A stretch of 64,000 nucleotides of DNA, from positions 1-64,000 of the forward strand of contig CAXHJY010000793.1 in the NCBI GenBank assembly GCA_964016885.1, given 5' to 3'. Position numbers and translations under genes: made by a program. The notes beneath the pieces are model-generated. The model did no database searches. It was not told where the DNA came from and saw only the letters and a list, made by a program, of their open reading frames with translations. Shown one piece after another: positions 1 to 14,400 of the stretch. The stretch's first letter is position 1; each line of letters begins with the position of its first letter. The DNA comes from Eledone cirrhosa. Taxonomy: Eukaryota.

Positions 1-949
1 ACCAATTACTGTCAATCCACTGCCCTAGACATGTGTGACACTCTACCAATTACTGTCAATCCACTGCCCTAGACATGTGTGACACTCTACCAATTACTGT
101 CAGTCCACTGCCCTAGACATGTGTGACACTCTACCAATTACTGTCAGTCCAGCGCCCTAGACATGTGTGACACTCTACCAATTACTGTCAATCCACGGCC
201 CTAGACATGTGTGACACTCTACCAATTACTGTCAGTCCACTGCCCTAGACATGTGTGACACTCTACCAATTACTGTCAACCCACCGCCCTAGACATGTGT
301 GACTACCAATTACTGTCAATCCACTGCCCTAGACATGTGTGACTACCAATTACTGTCAATCCACTGCCCTAGACATGTGTGACACTCTACCAATTACTGT
401 CAGTCCACTGCCCTAGACATGTGTAACACTCTACCAATTACTGTCAGTCCACTGCCCTAGACATGTGTGACTACCTATTACTGTCAATCCACTGCCCTAG
501 ACATGTGTGACACTCTACCAATTACTGTCAATCCACTGCCCTAGACATGTGTGACACTCTACCAATTACTGTCAATCCACTGCCCTAGACATGTGTGACA
601 CTCTACCAATTACTGTCAGTCCACTGCCCTAGACATGTGTGACACTCTACCAATTACTGTCAATCCACTGCCCTAGACATGTCTGACACTCTACCAATTA
701 CTGTCAATCCACTGCCCTAGATATGTCTGACACTCTACCAATTACTGTCAATCCACTGCCCTAGACATGTCTGACACTCTACCAATTACTGTCAGTCCAC
801 TGCCCTAGACATGTCTGACACTCTACCAATTACTGTCAACCCACTGCCCTAGACATGTGTGACACTCTACCGATTACTGTCAACCTACTGCCCTAGACAT
901 GTGTGACACTCTACCAATTACTGTCTGTCCACTGCCCTAGACATGTGTG

Positions 950-3900
950 ACACTCTACCAATTACTGTCAGTCCACTGCCCTAGACATGTGTGACACTCT
1001 ACCAATTACTGTCAATCCACTGCCCTAGACATGTGTGACACTACCAATTACTGTCAATCCACTGCCCTAGACATGTGTGACACTCTACCAATTACTGTCA
1101 ATCCACTGCCCTAGACATGTGTGACACTCTACCAATTACTGTCAATCCACTGCCCTAGACATGTGTGACATTCTACCAATTACTGTCAGTCCACTGCCCT
1201 AGACATGTGTGACTACCAATTACTGTCAATCCACCGCCCTAGACATGTGTGACACTCTACCAATTACTGTCAGTCCACTGCCCTAGACATGTGTGACACT
1301 CTACCAATTACTGTCAATCCACTGCCCTAGACATGTGTGACACTCTACCAATTACTGTCAGTCCACTGCCCTAGACATGTGTGACACTCTACCAATTACT
1401 GTCAATCCACTGCCCTAGACATGTGTGACACTCTACCAATTACTGTCAGTCCACTGCCCTAGACATGTGTGACTACCAATTACTGTCAATCCACCGCCCT
1501 AGACATGTGTGACACTCTACCAATTACTGTCAGTCCACTGCCCTAGACATGTGTGACACTCTACCAATTACTGTCAATCCACTGCCCTAGACATGTGTGA
1601 CACTCTACCAATTACTGTCAGTCCACTGCCCTAGACATGTGTGACTACCAATTACTGTCAGTCCACTGCCCTAGACATGTGTGACTACCAATTACTGTCA
1701 ATCCACCGCCCTAGACATGTGTGACACTCTACCAATTACTGTCAATCCACTGCCCTAGACATGTGTGACACTCTACCAATTACTGTCAATCCACTGCCCT
1801 AGACATGTGTGACACTCTACCAATTACTGTCAGTCCACTGCCCTAGACATGTGTGACACTCTACCAATTACTGTCAATCCACTGCCCTAGACATGTGTGA
1901 CACTCTACCAATTACTGTCAGTCCACTGCCCTAGACATGTGTGACTACCAATTACTGTCAATCCACCGCCCTAGACATGTGTGACACTCTACCAATTACT
2001 GTCAGTCCACTGCCCTAGACATGTGTGACACTCTACCAATTACTGTCAATCCACTGCCCTAGACATGTGTGACACTCTACCAATTACTGTCAATCCACTG
2101 CCCTAGACATGTGTGACTACCAATTACTGTCAATACACCGCCCTAGACATGTGTGACACTCTACCAATTACTGTCAATCCACCGCCCTAGACATGTGTGA
2201 CACTCTACCAATTACTGTCAGTCCACTGCCCTAGACATGTGTGACTACCAATTACTGTCAATCCACCGCCCTAGACATGTGTGACACTCTACCAATTACT
2301 GTCAATCCACCGCCCTAGACATGTGTGACACTCTACCAATTACTGTCAGTCCACTGCCCTAGACATGTGTGACTACCAATTACTGTCAATCCACCGCCCT
2401 AGACATGTGTGACACTCTACCAATTACTGTCAGTCCACTGCCCTAGACATGTGTGACACTCTACCAATTACTGTCAATCCACTGACCTAGACATGTGTGA
2501 CACTCTACCAATTACTATAAGTCCACTGCCCTAGACATGTGTGACACTCTACCGATTACTGTCAACCCACTGCCCTAGACATGTGTGACACTCTACCAAT
2601 TACTGTCAATCCACTGCCCTAGACATGTGTGACACTCTACCAATTACTGTCAATCCACTGCCCTAGACATGTGTGACACTACCAATTACTGTCAATCCAC
2701 TGCCCTAGACATGTGTGACACTCTACCAATTACTGTCAATCCACTGCCCTAGACATGTGTGACACTCTACCAATTACTGTCAATCCACTGCCCTAGACAT
2801 GTGTGACATTCTACCAATTACTGTCAGTCCACTGCCCTAGACATGTGTGACTACCAATTACTGTCAATCCACCGCCCTAGACATGTGTGACACTCTACCA
2901 ATTACTGTCAGTCCACTGCCCTAGACATGTGTGACACTCTACCAATTACTGTCAGTCCACTGCCCTAGACATGTGTGACACTCTACCAATTACTGTCAGT
3001 CCACTGCCCTAGACATGTGTGACTACCAATTACTGTCAGTCCACTGCCCTAGACATGTGTGACTACCAATTACTGTCAATCCACCGCCCTAGACATGTGT
3101 GACACTCTACCAATTACTGTCAATCCACTGCCCTAGACATGTGTGACACTCTACCAATTACTGTCAATCCACTGCCCTAGACATGTGTGACACTCTACCA
3201 ATTACTGTCAGTCCACTGCCCTAGACATGTGTGACACTCTACCAATTACTGTCAATCCACTGCCCTAGACATGTGTGACACTCTACCAATTACTGTCAGT
3301 CCACTGCCCTAGACATGTGTGACTACCAATTACTGTCAATCCACCGCCCTAGACATGTGTGACACTCTACCAATTACTGTCAGTCCACTGCCCTAGACAT
3401 GTGTGACACTCTACCAATTACTGTCAATCCACTGCCCTAGACATGTGTGACACTCTACCAATTACTGTCAATCCACTGCCCTAGACATGTGTGACTACCA
3501 ATTACAGTCAATACACCGCCCTAGACATGTGTGACACTCTACCAATTACTGTCAATCCACCGCCCTAGACATGTGTGACACTCTACCAATTACTGTCAGT
3601 CCACTGCCCTAGACATGTGTGACTACCAATTACTGTCAATCCACCGCCCTAGACATGTGTGACACTCTACCAATTACTGTCAATCCACCGCCCTAGACAT
3701 GTGTGACACTCTACCAATTACTGTCAGTCCACTGCCCTAGACATGTGTGACTACCAATTACTGTCAATCCACCGCCCTAGACATGTGTGACACTCTACCA
3801 ATTACTGTCAGTCCACTGCCCTAGACATGTGTGACACTCTACCAATTACTGTCAATCCACTGACCTAGACATGTGTGACACTCTACCAATTACTATAAGT

Positions 3901-5400
3901 CCACTGCCCTAGACATGTGTGACACTCTACCGATTACTGTCAACCCACTGCCCTAGACATGTGTGACACTCTACCAATTACTGTCAATCCACTGCCCTAG
4001 ACATGTGTGACACTCTACCAATTACTGTCAATCCACTGCCCTAGACATGTGTGACACTACCAATTACTGTCAATCCACTGCCCTAGACATGTGTGACACT
4101 CTACCAATTACTGTCAATCCACTGCCCTAGACATGTGTGACACTCTACCAATTACTGTCAATCCACTGCCCTAGACATGTGTGACATTCTACCAATTACT
4201 GTCAGTCCACTGCCCTAGACATGTGTGACTACCAATTACTGTCAATCCACCGCCCTAGACATGTGTGACACTCTACCAATTACTGTCAGTCCACTGCCCT
4301 AGACATGTGTGACACTCTACCAATTACTGTCAATCCACTGCCCTAGACATGTGTGACACTCTACCAATTACTGTCAGTCCACTGCCCTAGACATGTGTGA
4401 CACTCTACCAATTACTGTCAATCCACTGCCCTAGACATGTGTGACACTCTACCAATTACTGTCAGTCCACTGCCCTAGACATGTGTGACTACCAATTACT
4501 GTCAATCCACCGCCCTAGACATGTGTGACACTCTACCAATTACTGTCAGTCCACTGCCCTAGACATGTGTGACTACCAATTACTGTCAGTCCACTGCCCT
4601 AGACATGTGTGACTACCAATTACTGTCAATCCACCGCCCTAGACATGTGTGACACTCTACCAATTACTGTCAATCCACTGCCCTAGACATGTGTGACACT
4701 CTACCAATTACTGTCAATCCACTGCCCTAGACATGTGTGACACTCTACCAATTACTGTCAGTCCACTGCCCTAGACATGTGTGACACTCTACCAATTACT
4801 GTCAATCCACTGCCCTAGACATGTGTGACACTCTACCAATTACTGTCAGTCCACTGCCCTAGACATGTGTGACTACCAATTACTGTCAATCCACCGCCCT
4901 AGACATGTGTGACACTCTACCAATTACTGTCAGTCCACTGCCCTAGACATGTGTGACACTCTACCAATTACTGTCAATCCACTGCCCTAGACATGTGTGA
5001 CACTCTACCAATTACTGTCAATCCACTGCCCTAGACATGTGTGACTACCAATTACTGTCAATACACCGCCCTAGACATGTGTGACACTCTACCAATTACT
5101 GTCAATCCACCGCCCTAGACATGTGTGACACTCTACCAATTACTGTCAGTCCACTGCCCTAGACATGTGTGACTACCAATTACTGTCAATCCACCGCCCT
5201 AGACATGTGTGACACTCTACCAATTACTGTCAATCCACCGCCCTAGACATGTGTGACACTCTACCAATTACTGTCAGTCCACTGCCCTAGACATGTGTGA
5301 CTACCAATTACTGTCAATCCACCGCCCTAGACATGTGTGACACTCTACCAATTACTGTCAGTCCACTGCCCTAGACATGTGTGACTACCAATTACTGTCA
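950..5400. repeat. About three tandem copies of a 1.4-1.6 kb higher-order block
   Basis: GACATTCT at ~1171/2809/4187, AATACACC at ~2133/3511/5061, TGACCTAG at 2483/3861. A 1378-bp offset is seen for three independent markers. Confidence 0.85.
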
Positions 5401-8400
5401 ATCCACCGCCCTAGACATGTGTGACACTCTACCAATTACTGTCAATCCACTGCCCTAGACATGTGTGACACTCTACCAATTACTGTCAGTCCACTGCCCT
5501 AGACATGTGTGACACTCTACCAATTACTGTCAGTCCACTGCCCTAGACATGTGTGACTACCAATTACTGTCAATCCACCGCCCTAGACATGTCTGACACT
5601 CTACCAATTACTGTCAACCCACCGCCCTAGACATGTGTGACACTCTACAAATTACTGTCAATCCACTGCCCTAGACATGTGTGACACTCTACCAATTACT
5701 GTCAACCCACCGCCCTAGACATGTGTGACACTCTACCAATTACTGTCAGTCCACTGCCCTAGACATGTGTGACACTCTACCAATTACTGTCAATCCACTG
5801 CCCTAGACATGTGTGACACTCTACCAATTACTGTCAGTCCACTGCCCTAGACATGTGTGACACTCTACCAATTACTGTCAATCCACTGCCCTAGACATGT
5901 GTGACACTCTACCAATTACTGTCAATCCACTGCCCTAGACATGTGTGACACTCTACCAATTACTGTCAGTCCACTGCCCTAGACATGTGTGACACTCTAC
6001 CAATTACTATCAATCCACTGCCCTAGACATGTGTGACTACCAATTACTGTCAATCCACTGCCCTAGACATGTGTGACACTCTACCAATTACTGTCAGTCC
6101 ACTGCCCTAGACATGTGTGACTACCAATTACTGTCAATCCACTGCCCTAGACATGTGTGACACTCTACCAATTACTGTCAATCCACTGCTCTAGACATGT
6201 GTGACACTCTACCGATTACTGTCAATCCACTGCCCTAGACATGTGTGACACTCTACCAATTACTGTCAATCCACTGCCCTAGACATGTGTGACACTCTAC
6301 CAATTACTGTCAATCCACTGCCCTAAACATGTGTGACACTCTACCAATTACTGTCAGTCCACTGCCCTAGACATGTGTGACACTCTACCAATTACTGTCA
6401 GTCCACTGCCCTAGACATGTGTGACACTCTACCAATTACTGTCAATCCACTGCCCTAGACATGTGTGACACTCTACCAATTACTGTCAATCCACTGCCCT
6501 AGACATGTGTGACACTCTACCAATTACTGTCAATCCACTGCCCTAGACATGTGTGACACTCTACCAATTACTGTCAATCCACTGCCCTAGACATGTGTGA
6601 CACTCTACCAATTACTGTCAATCCACTGCCCTAGACATGTGTGACACTCTACCAATTACTGTCAATCCACTGCCCTAGACATGTGTGACACTCTACCAAT
6701 TACTGTCAATCCACTGCCCTAGACATGTGTGACACTCTACCAATTACTGTCAGTCCACTGCCCTAGACATGTGTGACACTCTACCAATTACTATCAATCC
6801 ACTGCCCTAGACATGTGTGACTACCAATTACTGTCAATCCACTGCCCTAGACATGTGTGACACTCTACCAATTACTGTCAGTCCACTGCCCTAGACATGT
6901 GTGACTACCAATTACTGTCAATCCACTGCCCTAGACATGTGTGACACTCTACCAATTACTGTCAATCCACTGCCCTAGACATGTGTGACACTCTACCAAT
7001 TACTGTCAATCCACTGCCCTAGACATGTGTGACACTCTACCAATTACTGTCAGTCCACTGCCCTAGACATGTGTGACACTCTACCAATTACTGTCAGTCC
7101 ACTGCCCTAGACATGTGTGACACTCTACCAATTACTGTCAATCCACTGCCCTAGACATGTGTGACACTCTACCAATTACTGTCAGTCCACTGCCCTAGAC
7201 ATGTGTGACACTCTACCAATTACTGTCAATCCACTGCCCTAGACATGTGTGACACTCTACCAATTACTGTCAATCCACTGCCCTAGACATGTGTGACACT
7301 CTACCAATTACTGTCAATCCACTGCCCTAGACATGTGTGACACTCTACCAATTACTGTCAGTCCACTGCCCTAGACATGTGTGACACTCTACCAATTACT
7401 GTCAGTCCACTGCCCTAGACATGTGTGACACTCTACCAATTACTGTCAATCCACTGCCCTAGACATGTGTGACACTCTACCAATTACTGTCAATCCACTG
7501 CCCTAGACATGTGTGACACTCTACCAATTACTGTCAATCCACTGCCCTAGACATGTGTGACACTCTACCAATTACTGTCAATCCACTGCCCTAGACATGT
7601 GTGACACTCTACCAATTACTGTCAGTCCACTGCCCTAGACATGTGTGACACTCTACCAATTACTGTCAATCCACCGCCCTAGACATGTGTGACACTCTAC
7701 CAATTACTGTCAGTCCACTGCCCTAGACATGTGTGACACTCTACCAATTACTGTCAATCCACCGCCCTAGACATGTGTGACACTCTACCAATTACTGTCA
7801 ATCCACCGCCCTAGACATGTGTGACACTCTACCAATTACTGTCAGTCCACTGCCCTAGACATGTGTGACTACCAATTACTGTCAATCCACCGCCCTAGAC
7901 ATGTGTGACACTCTACCAATTACTGTCAGTCCACTGCCCTAGACATGTGTGACTACCAATTACTGTCAATCCACCGCCCTAGACATGTGTGACACTCTAC
8001 CAATTACTGTCAATCCACTGCCCTAGACATGTGTGACACTCTACCAATTACTGTCAGTCCACTGCCCTAGACATGTGTGACACTCTACCAATTACTGTCA
8101 GTCCACTGCCCTAGACATGTGTGACTACCAATTACTGTCAATCCACTGCCCTAGACATGTGTGACACTCTACCAATTACTGTCAATCCACCGCCCTAGAC
8201 ATGTCTGACACTCTACCAATTACTGTCAACCCACCGCCCTAGACATGTGTGACACTCTACAAATTACTGTCAATCCACTGCCCTAGACATGTGTGACACT
8301 CTACCAATTACTGTCAACCCACCGCCCTAGACATGTGTGACACTCTACCAATTACTGTCAGTCCACTGCCCTAGACATGTGTGACACTCTACCAATTACT

Positions 8401-11400
8401 GTCAATCCACTGCCCTAGACATGTGTGACACTCTACCAATTACTGTCAGTCCACTGCCCTAGACATGTGTGACACTCTACCAATTACTGTCAATCCACTG
8501 CCCTAGACATGTGTGACACTCTACCAATTACTGTCAATCCACTGCCCTAGACATGTGTGACACTCTACCAATTACTGTCAGTCCACTGCCCTAGACATGT
8601 GTGACACTCTACCAATTACTATCAATCCACTGCCCTAGACATGTGTGACTACCAATTACTGTCAATCCACTGCCCTAGACATGTGTGACACTCTACCAAT
8701 TACTGTCAGTCCACTGCCCTAGACATGTGTGACTACCAATTACTGTCAATCCACTGCCCTAGACATGTGTGACACTCTACCAATTACTGTCAATCCACTG
8801 CCCTAGACATGTGTGACACTCTACCAATTACTGTCAATCCACTGCCCTAGACATGTGTGACACTCTACCAATTACTGTCAATCCACTGCCCTAGACATGT
8901 GTGACACTCTACCAATTACTGTCAATCCACTGCCCTAAACATGTGTGACACTCTACCAATTACTGTCAGTCCACTGCCCTAGACATGTGTGACACTCTAC
9001 CAATTACTGTCAGTCCACTGCCCTAGACATGTGTGACACTCTACCAATTACTGTCAATCCACTGCCCTAGACATGTGTGACACTCTACCAATTACTGTCA
9101 ATCCACTGCCCTAGACATGTGTGACACTCTACCAATTACTGTCAATCCACTGCCCTAGACATGTGTGACACTCTAACAATTACTGTCAATCCACTGCCCT
9201 AGACATGTGTGACACTCTACCAATTACTGTCAATCCACTGCCCTAGACATGTGTGACACTCTACCAATTACTGTCAATCCACTGCCCTAGACATGTGTGA
9301 CACTCTACCAATTACTGTCAATCCACTGCCCTAGACATGTGTGACACTCTACCAATTACTGTCAGTCCACTGCCCTAGACATGTGTGACACTCTACCAAT
9401 TACTATCAATCCACTGCCCTAGACATGTGTGACTACCAATTACTGTCAATCCACTGCCCTAGACATGTGTGTACCAATTACTGTCAGTCCACTGCCCTAG
9501 ACATGTGTGACTACCAATTACTGTCAATCCACTGCCCTAGACATGTGTGACACTCTACCAATTACTGTCAATCCACTGCCCTAGACATGTGTGACACTCT
9601 ACCAATTACTGTCAATCCACTGCCCTAGACATGTGTGACACTCTACCAATTACTGTCAATCCACTGCCCTAGACATGTGTGACACTCTACCAATTACTGT
9701 CAGTCCACTGCCCTAGACATGTGTGACACTCTACCAATTACTGTCAGTCCACTGCCCTAGACATGTGTGACACTCTACCAATTACTGTCAATCCACTGCC
9801 CTAGACATGTGTGACACTCTACCAATTACTGTCAATCCACTGCCCTAGACATGTGTGACACTCTACCAATTACTGTCAATCCACTGCCCTAGACATGTGT
9901 GACACTCTACCAATTACTGTCAATCCACTGCCCTAGACATGTGTGACACTCTACCAATTACTGTCAATCCACTGCCCTAGACATGTGTGACACTCTACCA
10001 ATTACTGTCAGTCCACTGCCCTAGACATGTGTGACACTCTACCAATTACTGTCAATCCACCGCCCTAGACATGTGTGACACTCTACCAATTACTGTCAGT
10101 CCACTGCCCTAGACATGTGTGACACTCTACCAATTACTGTCAATCCACCGCCCTAGACATGTGTGACACTCTACCAATTACTGTCAGTCCACTGCCCTAG
10201 ACATGTGTGACACTCTACCAATTACTGTCAATCCACTGCCCTAGACATGTGTGACACTCTACCAATTACTGTCAGTCCACTGCCCTAGACATGTGTGACA
10301 CTCTACCAATTACTGTCAGTCCACTGCCCTAGACATGTGTGACTACCAATTACTGTCAATCCACCGCCCTAGACGTGTGTGACACTCTACCAATTACTGT
10401 CAATCCACTGCCCTAGACATGTGTGACACTCTACCAATTACTGTCAATCCACTGCCCTAGACATGTGTGACACTCTACCAATTACTGTCAGTCCACTGCC
10501 CTAGACATGTGTGACACTCTACCAATTACTGTCAATCCACTGCCCTAGACATGTGTGACACTCTACCAATTACTGTCAGTCCACTGCCCTAGACATGTGT
10601 GACTACCAATTACTGTCAATCCACCGCCCTAGACATGTGTGACACTCTACCAATTACTGTCAGTCCACTGCCCTAGACATGTGTGACACTCTACCAATTA
10701 CTGTCAATCCACTGCCCTAGACATGTGTGACACTCTACCAATTACTGTCAATCCACTGCCCTAGACATGTGTGACTACCAATTACTGTCAATCCACCGCC
10801 CTAGACATGTGTGACACTCTACCAATTACTGTCAATCCACTGCCCTAGACATGTGTGACACTCTACCAATTACTGTCAATCCACTGCCCTAGACATGTGT
10901 GACACTCTACCAATTACTGTCAATCCACTGCCCTAGACATGTGTGACACTCTACCAATTACTGTCAATCCACTGCCCTAGACATGTGTGACACTCTACCA
11001 ATTACTGTCAATCCACTGCCCTAGACATGTGTGACACTCTACCAATTACTGTCAATCCACTGCCCTAGACATGTGTGACACTCTACCAATTACTGTCAGT
11101 CCACTGCCCTAGACATGTGTGACACTCTACCAATTACTATCAATCCACTGCCCTAGACATGTGTGACTACCAATTACTGTCAATCCACTGCCCTAGACAT
11201 GTGTGTACCAATTACTGTCAGTCCACTGCCCTAGACATGTGTGACTACCAATTACTGTCAATCCACTGCCCTAGACATGTGTGACACTCTACCAATTACT
11301 GTCAATCCACTGCCCTAGACATGTGTGACACTCTACCAATTACTGTCAATCCACTGCCCTAGACATGTGTGACACTCTACCAATTACTGTCAATCCACTG

Positions 11401-14400
11401 CCCTAGACATGTGTGACACTCTACCAATTACTGTCAGTCCACTGCCCTAGACATGTGTGACACTCTACCAATTACTGTCAGTCCACTGCCCTAGACATGT
11501 GTGACACTCTACCAATTACTGTCAATCCACTGCCCTAGACATGTGTGACACTCTACCAATTACTGTCAATCCACTGCCCTAGACATGTGTGACACTCTAC
11601 CAATTACTGTCAATCCACTGCCCTAGACATGTGTGACACTCTACCAATTACTGTCAATCCACTGCCCTAGACATGTGTGACACTCTACCAATTACTGTCA
11701 ATCCACTGCCCTAGACATGTGTGACACTCTACCAATTACTGTCAGTCCACTGCCCTAGACATGTGTGACACTCTACCAATTACTGTCAATCCACCGCCCT
11801 AGACATGTGTGACACTCTACCAATTACTGTCAGTCCACTGCCCTAGACATGTGTGACACTCTACCAATTACTGTCAATCCACCGCCCTAGACATGTGTGA
11901 CACTCTACCAATTACTGTCAGTCCACTGCCCTAGACATGTGTGACACTCTACCAATTACTGTCAATCCACTGCCCTAGACATGTGTGACACTCTACCAAT
12001 TACTGTCAGTCCACTGCCCTAGACATGTGTGACTACCAATTACTGTCAGTCCACTGCCCTAGACATGTGTGACTACCAATTACTGTCAATCCACCGCCCT
12101 AGACGTGTGTGACACTCTACCAATTACTGTCAATCCACTGCCCTAGACATGTGTGACACTCTACCAATTACTGTCAATCCACTGCCCTAGACATGTGTGA
12201 CACTCTACCAATTACTGTCAGTCCACTGCCCTAGACATGTGTGACACTCTACCAATTACTGTCAATCCACTGCCCTAGACATGTGTGACACTCTACCAAT
12301 TACTGTCAGTCCACTGCCCTAGACATGTGTGACTACCAATTACTGTCAATCCACCGCCCTAGACATGTGTGACACTCTACCAATTACTGTCAGTCCACTG
12401 CCCTAGACATGTGTGACACTCTACCAATTACTGTCAATCCACTGCCCTAGACATGTGTGACACTCTACCAATTACTGTCAATCCACTGCCCTAGACATGT
12501 GTGACTACCAATTACTGTCAATCCACCGCCCTAGACATGTGTGACACTCTACCAATTACTGTCAATCCACCGCCCTAGACATGTGTGACACTCTACCAAT
12601 TACTGTCAGTCCACTGCCCTAGACATGTGTGACTACCAATTACTGTCAATCCACCGCCCTAGACATGTGTGACACTCTACCAATTACTGTCAATCCACTG
12701 CCCTAGACATGTGTGACACTCTACCAATTACTGTCAGTCCACTGCCCTAGACATGTGTGACTACCAATTACTGTCAATCCACCGCCCTAGACATGTCTGA
12801 CACTCTACCAATTACTGTCAATCCACTGCCCTAGACATGTGTGACACTCTACCAATTACTGTCAGTCCACTGCCCTAGACATGTGTGACACTCTACCAAT
12901 TACTGTCAGTCCACTGCCCTAGACATGTGTGACTACCAATTACTGTCAATCCACCGCCCTAGACATGTGTGACACTCTACCAATTACTGTCAGTCCACTG
13001 CCCTAGACATGTGTGACACTCTACCAATTACTGTCAGTCCACTGCCCTAGACATGTGTGACTACCAATTACTGTCAATCCACCGCCCTAGACATGTGTGA
13101 CACTCTACCAATTACTGTCAATCCACTGCCCTAGACATGTGTGACACTCTACCAATTACTGTCAGTCCACTGCCCTAGACATGTGTGACACTCTACCAAT
13201 TACTGTCAGTCCACTGCCCTAGACATGTGTGACTACCAATTACTGTCAATCCACCGCCCTAGACATGTCTGACACTCTACCAATTACTGTCAACCCACCG
13301 CCCTAGACATGTGTGACACTCTACAAATTACTGTCAATCCACTGCCCTAGACATGTGTGACACTCTACCAATTACTGTCAACCCACCGCCCTAGACATGT
13401 GTGACACTCTGCCAATTACTGTCAGTCCACTGCCCTAGACATGTGTGACACTCTACCAATTACTGTCAATCCACTGCCCTAGACATGTGTGACACTCTAC
13501 CAATTACTGTCAGTCCACTGCCCTAGACATGTGTGACACTCTACCAATTACTGTCAACCCACCGCCCTAGACATGTGTGACACTCTGCCAATTACTGTCA
13601 GTCCACTGCCCTAGACATGTGTGACACTCTACCAATTACTGTCAATCCACTGCCCTAGACATGTGTGACACTCTACCAATTACTGTCAGTCCACTGCCCT
13701 AGACATGTGTGACACTCTACCAATTACTGTCAATCCACTGCCCTAGACATGTGTGACACTCTACCAATTACTGTCAATCCACTGCCCTAGACATGTGTGA
13801 CACTCTACCAATTACTGTCAGTCCACTGCCCTAGACATGTGTGACACTCTACCAATTACTATCAATCCACTGCCCTAGACATGTGTGACTACCAATTACT
13901 GTCAATCCACTGCCCTAGACATGTGTGACACTCTACCAATTACTGTCAGTCCACTGCCCTAGACATGTGTGACACTCTACCAATTACTGTCAATCCACTG
14001 CCCTAGACATGTGTGACACTCTACCAATTACTGTCAATCCACTGCCCTAGACATGTGTGACACTCTACCAATTACTGTCAATCCACTGCCCTAGACATGT
14101 GTGACACTCTACCAATTACTGTCAATCCACTGCCCTACACATGTGTGACACTCTACCAATTACTGTCAGTCCACTGCCCTAGACATGTGTGACACTCTAC
14201 CAATTACTGTCAGTCCACTGCCCTAGACATGTGTGACACTCTACCAATTACTGTCAATCCACTGCCCTAGACATGTGTGACACTCTACCAATTACTGTCA
14301 ATCCACTGCCCTAGACATGTGTGACACTCTACCAATTACTGTCAATCCACTGCCCTAGACATGTGTGACACTCTACCAATTACTGTCAATCCACTGCCCT

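Noticed and set aside
675-820. p53-type half sites (AGACATGTCT variant), and CCAAT, E-box CATGTG and TAATTG motifs in the monomer
   Set aside because: These are isolated short matches expected by chance, the half sites are not adjacent, the host is unknown and there is no promoter context.
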